Below, piece after piece: positions 38,701 to 47,129 of a stretch of DNA of 64,000 bases. The translations under genes were made by a program, and so were the position numbers. Origin of the DNA: an uncultured Poribacteria bacterium (GTDB lineage Bacteria > Poribacteria > WGA-4E > WGA-3G); NCBI GenBank assembly GCA_958296135.2, contig CATQHZ020000001.1:896001-960000 (forward strand), written 5' to 3'. How positions within the stretch are numbered: position 1 is the first letter of the stretch; every line of letters begins with the position of its first letter. The notes under the pieces were generated by a model. That model made no database searches, was not told where the DNA came from, and saw nothing but the letters and a program-made list of their open reading frames with translations.

Positions 38701-39849
38701 GTGCCAACCTTGGAAAACACCAGTTTTGATTTGGACATTGAGCTCGGCAACTTCTACCGGCAGGTTTACAAGAGCACACTCGTCGGTGATGAGAGGGACG
38801 TGTTCCTTCAAACGATGGATCTCGGGTTCGACTTGCGTAAGCAATCAACGCTGCTGATTACGCCGCTGCGCGAACTGCTCCTAAACATGAATTTCAATAC
38901 GAATATGATATGGCACGACCAGGACCAGGAGAAAAACCGCAACATTGTGCGCGGTGTCTATAGTTTCCGAGGTTCTGCAACCAATACGCTCTTCCGCGTC
39001 TACAATATCAACTTTATCCCGCGCATGCGCAAACTGCGGCACGAGATGCAGTCGACGGTAACGTTTGATTATCAGCCGCCTGTGGATGAAAACAAGAACC
39101 TCTATCCGTTCGGTCCTAGCACTTATTTCTATGAACGAAAATCGCTCTCCTACAATTTCGACACGAATATTGAGATTAAGACGCAGCGGAGCCAATCGCC
39201 GCATCGCGTACTCCAGTTGCGGACGCAGTTGCGTGCGGATTTTACGGAGTTCGACCCGCTCTATAAGCGCAGGTATGAGCCGATTGAGAGCAATTTGACG
39301 TTCATTCCGTTGCCGAGTCGGAGTTTGAATGTGACGGTGCGCCTCACGCACGATCCGAACCCAGACCCGGATGATGATAAGACTTTCAAGATGGTAGGGC
39401 TTCGTTCCAACATCCGTTATACGCGTCAGAGTTGGAACGTGAGTATTGGGAGTTCGTTCAGCAAGCGGCTGACTTCTCGGCAAGCTTCGCGTTCAATTAC
39501 GGCGAGTGGGCGGTACCGTTTTAGCGAGAATCTTGATTTCGATATCAATCTCATCTATTATCCGATCGATGGGCAATTCTATTCGCAGCGGCTTAGCATC
39601 AACCGGAATTTGCACGATTGGAACTTGCGGATTTCGTGGAGTCGTGTGGGTATCAAGCGCGGCGAGCCGCCTTACAACAACGTCCGTCAAGACTTTACGT
39701 TCCAGATTAGTCTCATTCCGGAGCCGGCTGTCTCGATGGGTGTGGGCTACGATGCGACGACAGATACGTGGGGGCTTCGCACGTTGTCAGCGGGTTCGCC
39801 TTACAATGCCTTTGGCGTTGGGAATTCGTTAGGCCGTTCTTATTTCTAA
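35782..39849 (+). CDS. lptD: LPS-assembly protein LptD with inserted parvulin domains
   Basis: OstA-like jelly roll (GNA.IKYGD..L.AD, L.FNL.TKKG, TTC....PHY, P.FYFP); C-terminal beta-barrel (RNLHDW); internal GGDLGF/AFHILKV parvulin motifs. Confidence 0.8.
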   Translation: MNRKSVPKLSKERHFFLCCALLSIAGLLVFPAVLLAQTAAEEAPPAAPEIEEKVLPDDGEKTPEAETPPEETESPDAGAEGTEAQQEKSPDGLDPEQMDPEPGIVIGDGDEMVMQDNLVQIHGNALIKYGDMILRADHVWADFNENLLRASGNVHLITGAEETFSDELIFNLETKKGIARNGFTYNDPWYFGGSDIFKIGDKKSYIRSATLTTCSLKYPHYYFSVSRVIVRVNEEMIAKNIVLRIGGFPLFYFPAIRRDLRKGKVAKIIVKVGTDSYQGPYVSIILPIARKRRYDGALLYDESARRGRGFGFEGKYRFNDTQFREIYIPIPPDATPAQRTKLEEKAKEIHERLEGEHDRYWLKQLFLPYEITADDVNRAEETAAELLMQLTEEGADFATLAQRNSDHETRYEGGDLGFIVRGERIEEKTPATSKTQNAPKEKTAPDASPPLDEAATPEGTPIDAAPETGAAPEAAESQDAEAETTQAPPAEKPKLDPILEEAAFELEEGEISSVLKTESAFHILKVERVLDVYGEREIQLRRIDIAIAASDETQQKLRETTDIIQARALEGESFERLAAAFAEVTLSEVNDGDGLPLSEMDASWRYSVRRLEEPGDITQRRPVSTPEGLYLFQLIEKEETPTFEVLAEELDAEWELFLAEVMSSTEEPKAGEQTSAAGASVPAEGASPESPETAEVSSDTPEPKSPEAEVPAESRPKDAPASSDEAVGEDASSDEAEDVDAEEPFTVYRKHGYRGRWEDPRAVASEAQSLYGGEFSKVIPTKKAFRLIKVDKKRAYRGDIYLYRADHYSFDRQSPSRIGRRWNMRWGHRQSLYTPWDSRREGRRPISFTGRTELRALTYKEELKLPGESTLNTFGILTYGAAFSALDEGDRDDNGNLRFSRQPTGDFTGRLEVRHIHDFTGEGTTSLQKLPQLTLNFSRMRFNGLPVFRTINSRLVTLSEKSATEKPILSLFTVPTLENTSFDLDIELGNFYRQVYKSTLVGDERDVFLQTMDLGFDLRKQSTLLITPLRELLLNMNFNTNMIWHDQDQEKNRNIVRGVYSFRGSATNTLFRVYNINFIPRMRKLRHEMQSTVTFDYQPPVDENKNLYPFGPSTYFYERKSLSYNFDTNIEIKTQRSQSPHRVLQLRTQLRADFTEFDPLYKRRYEPIESNLTFIPLPSRSLNVTVRLTHDPNPDPDDDKTFKMVGLRSNIRYTRQSWNVSIGSSFSKRLTSRQASRSITASGRYRFSENLDFDINLIYYPIDGQFYSQRLSINRNLHDWNLRISWSRVGIKRGEPPYNNVRQDFTFQISLIPEPAVSMGVGYDATTDTWGLRTLSAGSPYNAFGVGNSLGRSYF

Positions 39850-40150
39850 TAGGGAGATATTCGTGAGCACGGACTTAACTGCCATTGAAAGCCGCCGGTT
39901 AGAAGAATGCATTGCGGCGAATGTTGCAAAGATTTTAGAAAACGTCGTATCATAGACGAACCGAGTCATTCCGCAATGCCGTAGGGTGAGGGTCTGTCCC
40001 TCGCTATCGGGACTGCGGGGGACAGGCCCCCGCGCTACGGTAGGGGGAAATTGTCCTTTCTCGTAGGGCGAGGGCCTGGGGGTGGGTAACCGCCATGCCC
40101 CAATTGCTCCGTGTACCGTAACGAAGATACCGATAGCAAGGAGTAACAGC

Positions 40151-40948
40151 ATGCAGACAAATCCATGGGGCATGACGCGCTTTGAGGATAAAGTTGCCTT
40201 GATAACCGGCGGTGCCTCCGGCATCGGACGCGCTACTGCAGACCGCTTGGCGGCCGAAGGCGCGCATGTCATCATCGCCGATAATAACGCAGCGATGGCA
40301 CATCGGGCAGTCGCCGACATTGAGAACGCTGGCGGCAAAGCCGTTTATATGGCAGTTGAACTCGCTGATGACACAGCCGTCACTGCTGTCGGGCAAGCCG
40401 TAGCCGAACAATTTCCTGCGCTCCATATCCTTGTGAACAACGCCGCGATTTTGCGAACCGGCAAAATCGAAGATGGCGCGTGGCTGCCAAATTGGGAACC
40501 CGAAACCGCCATCGGCCTCAGAGGATGGGTGCTGATGACGCAGGTGCTACTGCCCATGCTCAAGCGAGAGGGGGGTGCTATCGTCAATCTCTCATCGGAG
40601 GGCGGCTTCCTCGGTAGGCCCGGGCAGTGGGTATACGATACGATTAAAGCGGGGTTGGTCTCACTCACGAAGACGATGGCGTATGAATTCGTTGCATACG
40701 GTATCCGCGTTAACGCTGTCGCGCCGGGTTGGATAGTTACAGAGATGCACTTCGGCAACGCGCCAGACCCGGCCGCTCGGAAGAAGGAATTGGAGGAGTC
40801 CCCGATTAACTCCTGCATTATGAAACGCCGCGCCGGACCGGAGGAGGTGGCATCCGCCATTGCGTTCCTCCTCAGCGACGATGCCTCTTACATCACCGGG
40901 CAAACCATTCACGTTGATGGTGGGCGGATGGGGATGTCTGTGGGGTAA
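40151..40948 (+). CDS. SDR family oxidoreductase
   Basis: TGGASGIG, NNAA, Y...K, NAVAPG, ITGQ.I.VDGG. Confidence 0.93.
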   Translation: MQTNPWGMTRFEDKVALITGGASGIGRATADRLAAEGAHVIIADNNAAMAHRAVADIENAGGKAVYMAVELADDTAVTAVGQAVAEQFPALHILVNNAAILRTGKIEDGAWLPNWEPETAIGLRGWVLMTQVLLPMLKREGGAIVNLSSEGGFLGRPGQWVYDTIKAGLVSLTKTMAYEFVAYGIRVNAVAPGWIVTEMHFGNAPDPAARKKELEESPINSCIMKRRAGPEEVASAIAFLLSDDASYITGQTIHVDGGRMGMSVG

Positions 40949-41083
40949 ACCGGGGAATTCGCTGACTTTTCATAACGTCGTTGGCGTTTAAAAGCGGTGA
41001 GATTCTTTTTGGGATAAAAATCGGATGTATGCTAAAATAGTAGTGTCTTAAGACTTAACGCGGATAATCCGAGGTAAACCTCC

Positions 41084-42283
41084 ATGTTTGATGGCAAAAC
41101 ATTTTTAGAGAAGGTTCACATCAGAAACTATCTAAGTTTGCGTGATGTTGAGCTTCCGCTAAAGCCGTTGACGGTGCTCGTCGGTCCCAATGCGAGTGGG
41201 AAGTCAAACGTTTTGAATGCTTTACGTCTTCTCAATTGGATGATGATTGCTGAACAACTGCTTCCAGCTGAATTCATCCAAGGTTCCCTTTGGGCTGGTG
41301 GGGGAAGCCGCATCACTTTCGGGGTACAGGCGGGAGTGGGAACGGCTACAACTGCCTACGAGTTGGAGCTTGAAGCGTCAGTTGACAATCCTTTTGTTAC
41401 AGAGGAATTATGGGTTAATGATGTAAAGGTCATAGCACTCCGGCGCGGAAAAGGCGAAGTCCGGGATGAAAACGGCAAAAATTGGACAACCTATAGTTCT
41501 AATAAACTCGCTTTGAGGTCTGCGGGTGATTACGGAAACAAGCCTATCACGAATGCCTTGACGGAGTTTATGCGGGCTTGGCATTTCTATGATTTCCAGC
41601 CGGGGCGTATAAGAGAGCTGCTCGCAGGATTAGAGCAGCAAGTCGTATTCGGTAACCCGAAAGAGTTGCACGAATCACCACAGCTTGATGTTGAGGGTTC
41701 AACCTTATCGGCGTTACTCTCGTACTGGCATAAGAATGCGCCGGAGCGTTTTGCCTGCGTTAGTGACTCTCTCGCGGCCTCTACGAATATCAGCTTAGAC
41801 TACCTCCCAATTGGCGGTTCCAAACACCTCTGCCTTTTAGAAGGTTACGAGATAGAAGGCAACAAGAAGCCGATTCCTTTGGTGCGAGCTTCTGATGGCA
41901 CCTTGCGTCTCGTTGCGTATTACATTTTGCTCAACGAGCCGGAATTACCGCCGCTCATTGCTATTGAGGAACCGGAGCGGAATCTGCACCCCGGTGCGCT
42001 GTTAGACATAGCGCGGGTGCTTGAGCAAATTGCCGAACGCACCCAGGTGATTATCACAACGCATAGTTCTCAGCTGCTTGATGAATTTAAGGCGAAGCAC
42101 TTATCGGATTCGCTAGGTGTTTTACTTCTGCGCAACCTTCCCGGACGCGGCACAGAAGTCATGAACGTTGAGGAGATCCGTCGCGACAGAGCCTCATTGG
42201 ACGGTTGGATTGCGGATTTCGGCATTGGCAGTGCCATTTTCCACAGTTCGCTGCTACAAGATTTAATGGAGGACTCAGCATGA
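41084..42283 (+). CDS. AAA_21/AAA_15 ABC-type ATPase (AbiEii/OLD-like)
   Basis: GPNASGKSN, SDGT, IEEPE..LHP, TTHS. Confidence 0.9.
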   Translation: MFDGKTFLEKVHIRNYLSLRDVELPLKPLTVLVGPNASGKSNVLNALRLLNWMMIAEQLLPAEFIQGSLWAGGGSRITFGVQAGVGTATTAYELELEASVDNPFVTEELWVNDVKVIALRRGKGEVRDENGKNWTTYSSNKLALRSAGDYGNKPITNALTEFMRAWHFYDFQPGRIRELLAGLEQQVVFGNPKELHESPQLDVEGSTLSALLSYWHKNAPERFACVSDSLAASTNISLDYLPIGGSKHLCLLEGYEIEGNKKPIPLVRASDGTLRLVAYYILLNEPELPPLIAIEEPERNLHPGALLDIARVLEQIAERTQVIITTHSSQLLDEFKAKHLSDSLGVLLLRNLPGRGTEVMNVEEIRRDRASLDGWIADFGIGSAIFHSSLLQDLMEDSA

Positions 42284-42795
42284 CTGCTGTCCGAATCTGG
42301 GCTTTGGGCCCATTCTATGATACGAAGACGGTCAAATCTTTGCCGCATAAGTTGGCACAACATTTACAACTTAAGGAGCTCTCTATCCGTGCCTCTTGCA
42401 GACGGGCCCTCCCGAGTCGCAATGGAAAAGGGGTACCGTTGAGCGAAGCGGTTCAGCATTACCTTGAACAAGAATCTTGTGTCATTTTTCTTATTGACAA
42501 CTGCAGTTCGATCGATACGGAACGGCGTTGGCACGCCCCGGACTCGCTTATCAACCAGGTCGAACGAGTTGTCAGCGATAGTCGTTTTGCGGGGAAAGTC
42601 TTTCGCGTCCACGATTTTCATGAGCTTGACGTGGCAGCGGTGCGTAACGCCCTTGGCCCGGGTTTAACGACGTGGGGAGAAGAGTGGGAGCGTGTCCTCG
42701 CGCGCTTTCATGAGGGGTTTGCTGATACCCCCGAGGAGGAAGTGCTACGAGATTTTGAGGCAGCCCTTGCGGAGGTGCGGCGTGAACAGACATGA
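42280..42795 (+). CDS. Hypothetical protein; degenerate DUF4276/TOPRIM-like N-terminus with antitoxin-like C-terminus
   Basis: ATGA overlap with the ATPase; VIFLID motif; acidic C-terminal helix overlapping the PIN gene. Confidence 0.55.
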   Translation: MTAVRIWALGPFYDTKTVKSLPHKLAQHLQLKELSIRASCRRALPSRNGKGVPLSEAVQHYLEQESCVIFLIDNCSSIDTERRWHAPDSLINQVERVVSDSRFAGKVFRVHDFHELDVAAVRNALGPGLTTWGEEWERVLARFHEGFADTPEEEVLRDFEAALAEVRREQT

Positions 42796-43267
42796 GATTC
42801 GGTGGCGCGTTTACCGAGCAACATTTGACACCAATGTCTTTCTGCGGACATTGTTGCAACAAGATAACCTGGCGAATTGTCTCCTCTCGCTTTGGCGTGA
42901 GGGCCGGTTTGTCCTCGTCTTATCGCGGACGATAGTTGAGGAAGTGCAGGCTGTTGCCTCACGCCCACAGCTCATGCGAAAATATCGGTACACACTGCAG
43001 GAGGTTGCCACGTTAATTAACCTCCTGACACAGCAAGCAATCATCGCTGATGTGCCGTTCTCATTTGCGTTCTGTCGAGATGAAACAGATAATAAGTTCG
43101 TCGATTGCGCCATCTTAGAGCGGGCGCAATTCTTGGTGTCGTATGATAACGACTTCTTGGATGACTCTAGACTGAAACGAGCTCTTTTTGAATTCGGGGT
43201 TGAGGTTATTAAACCACCGCTTTTCCTAGAGAAAATCCGGGGCGCGAAAAGGAGTCTATTACAATGA
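42782..43267 (+). CDS. PIN-domain (VapC-like, PIN_3) toxin
   Basis: FDTNV, E, CRD..DNKF..CA, LVS.D.D; GGAGG RBS before GTG. Confidence 0.85.
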   Translation: MNRHEIRWRVYRATFDTNVFLRTLLQQDNLANCLLSLWREGRFVLVLSRTIVEEVQAVASRPQLMRKYRYTLQEVATLINLLTQQAIIADVPFSFAFCRDETDNKFVDCAILERAQFLVSYDNDFLDDSRLKRALFEFGVEVIKPPLFLEKIRGAKRSLLQ

Positions 43268-43740
43268 TTCACATTTCAGAGCCGGTGACACTTGACAAAC
43301 TGTTGCCGCTGATTCAAAAACTGTCTGCAGGGGAACGTGAGCGGTTGCGTGAATCGCTGCTAGTCCCTGCAGCATCCGAGTGTGCCGTCGTGCGTTCCGA
43401 TGACACCGTTCCGGAGCCGCTAACGGCTGAGGTTAGAAAGGCTTTTGAATCAGTGCTTGCGGCGGTGAAGGATGAACCGGAAATGGCGCACGCGTTGCTG
43501 CGTGAGTCTCTTGACAATGCGTCGCGGCTTGATGCGGCTATCCTATTCTATCAAGAAGGTGCGGTGACGTTCGGCAAGGCTGCTAATCTTGCGGGTATCC
43601 ACCGTTTTGAGTTAGACGAGGTTTTCGCGGAAAGAGGCCTCTGGAAAATTGTTGAAGTAGGGCCACCGGAAGCATCGAAAGAGCGCATTTCGCACATCAA
43701 ACGCCTTCACAAATTGAACCGTAGGGCAGAGGAGCGGTAG
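43264..43740 (+). CDS. UPF0175 family protein
   Basis: AI..YQEG.VT.GKAA.LAG..R.E HTH-like motif. Confidence 0.7.
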   Translation: MIHISEPVTLDKLLPLIQKLSAGERERLRESLLVPAASECAVVRSDDTVPEPLTAEVRKAFESVLAAVKDEPEMAHALLRESLDNASRLDAAILFYQEGAVTFGKAANLAGIHRFELDEVFAERGLWKIVEVGPPEASKERISHIKRLHKLNRRAEER

Positions 43741-43851
43741 CGTTGGTTTTTGTGGATACCGATGCGTACGGCATTACAACGGCTCAACGCTCATGCCCCA
43801 CACCTCGTCCTCAGTCCGTTAAAATGGGCAAAAGTAGTTGAGGAAAAATTG

Positions 43852-45033
43852 ATGAAAATAACCGAAATCCAAACCGCACTCACCGAATTAAAACTTGGAG
43901 CCTGGCTCTTATACGATTTTCGAGGGATGAACCCGATTGCGCAAAATGTCGCCGGGCTCACCGATGCACATATTACTCGCCGATGGTTCTGTCTCATTCC
44001 TGCGCGAGGCGAACCGAAGTGGCTTATTCATGCTATTGAGACATCGAATTTCGTTGATGTCCCAGGGTGCATCGCGTGCTACACCGGATGGCAAGAGCTG
44101 AATGAGCAGATGGCGGCACTGCTCGCCGATGTCCGCAGCGTTGCGATGGAGTATTCGCCTCACGCGGCGATTCCTTACATTTCGCGCGTGGATGCCGGCA
44201 CGTTGGAGTGGATTCGCTCGTTCGGCGTTGAGGTCCACACGTCTGCAGATTTGGCGCAGCGCGTTGAGGCACGTCTGACTGAAGCACAAGCCGAGGGACA
44301 CCAAGCGGCGGCGCGGTTAGTATTGACCGCGAAGGACGAGGCGTTTGCGTGGATTGGCGAGCGGCTCCGCGCTGGTAAGCCAATAACGGAATATGACGTG
44401 CAGCAGTTCATTCTCCAGCGGTTTGAAGCGATGGAATTAACGACAGACCATCCGCCGATTGTCGCCGTGAATGCGAAAAGCAGCGATGCGCATTATGCAC
44501 CCACCGCAACGCAAACGCAACCTATCAAAAAAGGCGATTTCATCTTGATCGATCTGTGGGCGAAGCAGAAGGTATCGGCCTCGGTCTTCGCGGACACAAC
44601 GTGGGTAGCCTATGCAGGCACGACGGTTCCCGAGCGGTTCGTTAAAATCTTTGAGATTGTCAAGGGAGCAAGGGACAGAGCGGTGGCGTTCATCCGTGAA
44701 AAATGGGAGGCAGACGAACCGATTTACGGCTACGCCGTTGATGACTGCACGCGTGCGTATATCGCAGAAAAAGGCTACGGAGAGTTCTTTATCCACCGCA
44801 CCGGGCATAACATCGGCACGGCTATCCACGGTAACGGCGTGAATTTGGATAATCTGGAGACGCGAGACGAACGCGTACTTATTTCGGGCATCTGTTTCTC
44901 CGTTGAGCCCGGTATCTACCTTACCGAGTTTGGCGTGCGGACAGAGATTGACGTTTTTTTAGCCGGTCCAGGGAGAGACGGCGTAAAAGTGACAACCGCT
45001 CCCGTTCAAAATCAGGTATTGCCGTTGCTGTGA
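43852..45033 (+). CDS. Xaa-Pro aminopeptidase (M24) family
   Basis: HY.P, IDLW, ADTT, HRTGH.IG, SVEPGIY, R.EID. Confidence 0.9.
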   Translation: MKITEIQTALTELKLGAWLLYDFRGMNPIAQNVAGLTDAHITRRWFCLIPARGEPKWLIHAIETSNFVDVPGCIACYTGWQELNEQMAALLADVRSVAMEYSPHAAIPYISRVDAGTLEWIRSFGVEVHTSADLAQRVEARLTEAQAEGHQAAARLVLTAKDEAFAWIGERLRAGKPITEYDVQQFILQRFEAMELTTDHPPIVAVNAKSSDAHYAPTATQTQPIKKGDFILIDLWAKQKVSASVFADTTWVAYAGTTVPERFVKIFEIVKGARDRAVAFIREKWEADEPIYGYAVDDCTRAYIAEKGYGEFFIHRTGHNIGTAIHGNGVNLDNLETRDERVLISGICFSVEPGIYLTEFGVRTEIDVFLAGPGRDGVKVTTAPVQNQVLPLL

Positions 45034-45769
45034 TCTGGTAGTTTCGCTTCTTCAAGTCATTGAGGATGTGGGCGAGGTAAATCCGGGCGTTAAGCAGCCA
45101 CTGTTCTGCATAAGCGGCGGCGAGGATAGGGAGCGCGGTTGCCAAGCGCGGTGCGTCAAGCAGCCACTGTTCCGCGTAAGCGGCGAAGTCTGTCTCCACC
45201 AGTCCGACGCTGCCGAGGGTGTAGACGACGTAGCGTTTGTCGGCTCGCGCTTCCTGCCGGGGCGCGAGCGGTGTTTCAAGGGTGAGACGTTTCGTGCCAT
45301 CAATTTCAAAGACCCAGAAGAAGTAGTCTTCGTTATGTGCGAGGTATCCGATTTCCACGTCAAGCCGATGTTCTGTTTCGGTGGTGAGCGGGATTACCTC
45401 CATATCGCGTTTCACCAAAATGGGGTAGATGGCGGCCAAAAATACCTGCTCGAATCCGAGGGGCCGGTGCGCGTTGTTGAGGATGTCCAGCAGAATCTGT
45501 TGTTCTTCAAGTTGGTGAAGTTCTAAGCAGCTTTTCGCAAAGACTTCATCTCGGAGTGCGCGTATTTCGGCGGGCGCGCTTGCATCCAGCGGCTGGAGTT
45601 GCTGCATCAATTTGTGGATGCGCCGGCGTTTCGGTGAGATGCGCCAGAGCGTCCAATGCCACAACGCCTGCCACGTCTCCTTTTGTAGCAATTGCCCCAG
45701 GAAGGCTCGCGTTGGAATAAAAATGCGTTCAAATAGGTTATCAGATGCAGGTTTGCGTTGTTGATTCAT
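44921..45769 (-). CDS. Hypothetical protein
   Basis: 282-aa ORF divergent from the tRNA; internal AAYAEQWLL duplication; 3' overlap with the peptidase. Confidence 0.55.
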   Translation of the reverse strand: MNQQRKPASDNLFERIFIPTRAFLGQLLQKETWQALWHWTLWRISPKRRRIHKLMQQLQPLDASAPAEIRALRDEVFAKSCLELHQLEEQQILLDILNNAHRPLGFEQVFLAAIYPILVKRDMEVIPLTTETEHRLDVEIGYLAHNEDYFFWVFEIDGTKRLTLETPLAPRQEARADKRYVVYTLGSVGLVETDFAAYAEQWLLDAPRLATALPILAAAYAEQWLLNARIYLAHILNDLKKRNYQITATAIPDFERERLSLLRRLSLDRLKKRQSLSARQTR

Positions 45770-45793
45770 GATTTTCGCGGGTAGTGAAAAATT

Positions 45794-45822
45794 TTGACTT
45801 TTGCCCGAGAATGTGGTATAAT
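45794..45822 (+). promoter_or_regulatory. tRNA promoter
   Basis: TTGACT-17 bp-TATAAT with extended -10. Confidence 0.7.
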
Positions 45823-45844
45823 ATACGTGCTAGCCTGCGAAAAC

Positions 45845-45929
45845 GCCGGAGTGGTGAAATCGGTAGACGCACTGGACTCAAAATCCAGCGGGCCCTAGGT
45901 CCATGTCGGTTCGAGTCCGACCTCCGGCA
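45845..45929 (+). tRNA. tRNA-Leu(CAA)
   Basis: Acceptor gccggag/ctccggc, D-loop GG, anticodon stem ctgga/tccag with loop ctCAAaa, long variable arm, GGTTCGAGTCC T-arm. Confidence 0.95.
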
Positions 45930-46018
45930 TCCAACTGTGCGAGCGCGTAGGGCGATTTTCTGGGCACTCCCGGCATGGCGAGGGCCTGTTCCTCGTCCTA
46001 CGGCGCGCGGTTTTTTTG

Positions 46019-46810
46019 CTACATCGCTACGATTTTGCGCATCCGTTTCGCCAAATCGATTTGTGCATCCCGGTCTCCACCGACTTCATGGATGACGTAG
46101 CCGTCGTATCCGATGGTGCGAAACGCCTGCATGACAGCGGGCCAATCCGTGTCCCCTTCTAACAAATTAACGAACTGATGTGCGCCGCGCGAGAAATCCT
46201 TGAAGTGCACCCGTTTGATGCGCGAGCCGAGTTCGCGAATCCAATGTTCTGGGTAACCGTATGCCATCATGTTGGCCGTGTCCAGATAAGTTCCCACCCA
46301 ATCGCTGCCGATTTCGTCCACAATCTCCCGCATCTCCTTTGGGCTGAGCAGGAATTTGTTCCAGACGTTTTCAAGTCCGATGGCGACGCGATGGGCTTCG
46401 GCAGCAGGTGCGAGTTCGCGTAAAATCCCGATGAGGTTGTCCCAGACCTGTTGATAAATCCCTTCGGCGGTGAGTTGTCCGGGGTGCAATAAAATGCCGC
46501 CGGCTCCGAGCGCGGCTGCCACTTCGATGCCGCGGGCGAGGGAGCGTGTGCCTTTCTCACGCTCGGTTGCATCGAGGCTGAGCAGATTTCCTCTGTCGGC
46601 GTAGCCCGCCGTAATACTGCCGATATCCACACCGGCGGCTTTGCACGTCTCTGCGATATCGCGGAGTTCCGCATCGCTCATGTTAATGTCCGTGTCCTTC
46701 CCCTCGTTGAAAGTGAGTTCGACGGCATCGTAGCCGGCATCCTGACAAAGGGCTAAGGTATCGGGCAACGACATGTTTCCGAGGATGATCTGGGTAACGC
46801 CTATCTTCAT
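46019..46810 (-). CDS. Sugar phosphate isomerase/epimerase (xylose isomerase-like TIM barrel)
   Basis: GYDAVEL, LENVWN.FL.SP, D.AN, VHFKDF, G..DW, E. Confidence 0.88.
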   Translation of the reverse strand: MKIGVTQIILGNMSLPDTLALCQDAGYDAVELTFNEGKDTDINMSDAELRDIAETCKAAGVDIGSITAGYADRGNLLSLDATEREKGTRSLARGIEVAAALGAGGILLHPGQLTAEGIYQQVWDNLIGILRELAPAAEAHRVAIGLENVWNKFLLSPKEMREIVDEIGSDWVGTYLDTANMMAYGYPEHWIRELGSRIKRVHFKDFSRGAHQFVNLLEGDTDWPAVMQAFRTIGYDGYVIHEVGGDRDAQIDLAKRMRKIVAM

Positions 46811-47046
46811 GTTCTCTCCTTTTCGGTGTAGAATTGCGCGGTTGTCAACGACTGAATGCAGAGGTGCCGGGTCTCGAGGCATTGTGGGCATCGCAAGGCG
46901 ACGTAGTATGCGTCGTTGAACACTGCATCGATGCATGTGGCATCTTGCGTGCCGCCTAAAAACTGGGCTTGCACCTCGTATTCGCGATGGCAATCGGGGC
47001 AGATTTGCAAGTCGTGCCCGATGTCAATTTTGTCTATCCAACTCAT
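46807..47046 (-). CDS. Small zinc-ribbon hypothetical protein
   Basis: CPDC and CPQC pairs; ATGA overlap with the epimerase. Confidence 0.6.
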   Translation of the reverse strand: MSWIDKIDIGHDLQICPDCHREYEVQAQFLGGTQDATCIDAVFNDAYYVALRCPQCLETRHLCIQSLTTAQFYTEKERT

Positions 47047-47129
47047 AAGTTCGACCCCCAAAGTTCATAAGTGCCGTAGTCGCGCGTTGGGAGTGTCCGT
47101 GTTTCGCGAGGTGCGGTTTCAAACCGCAC

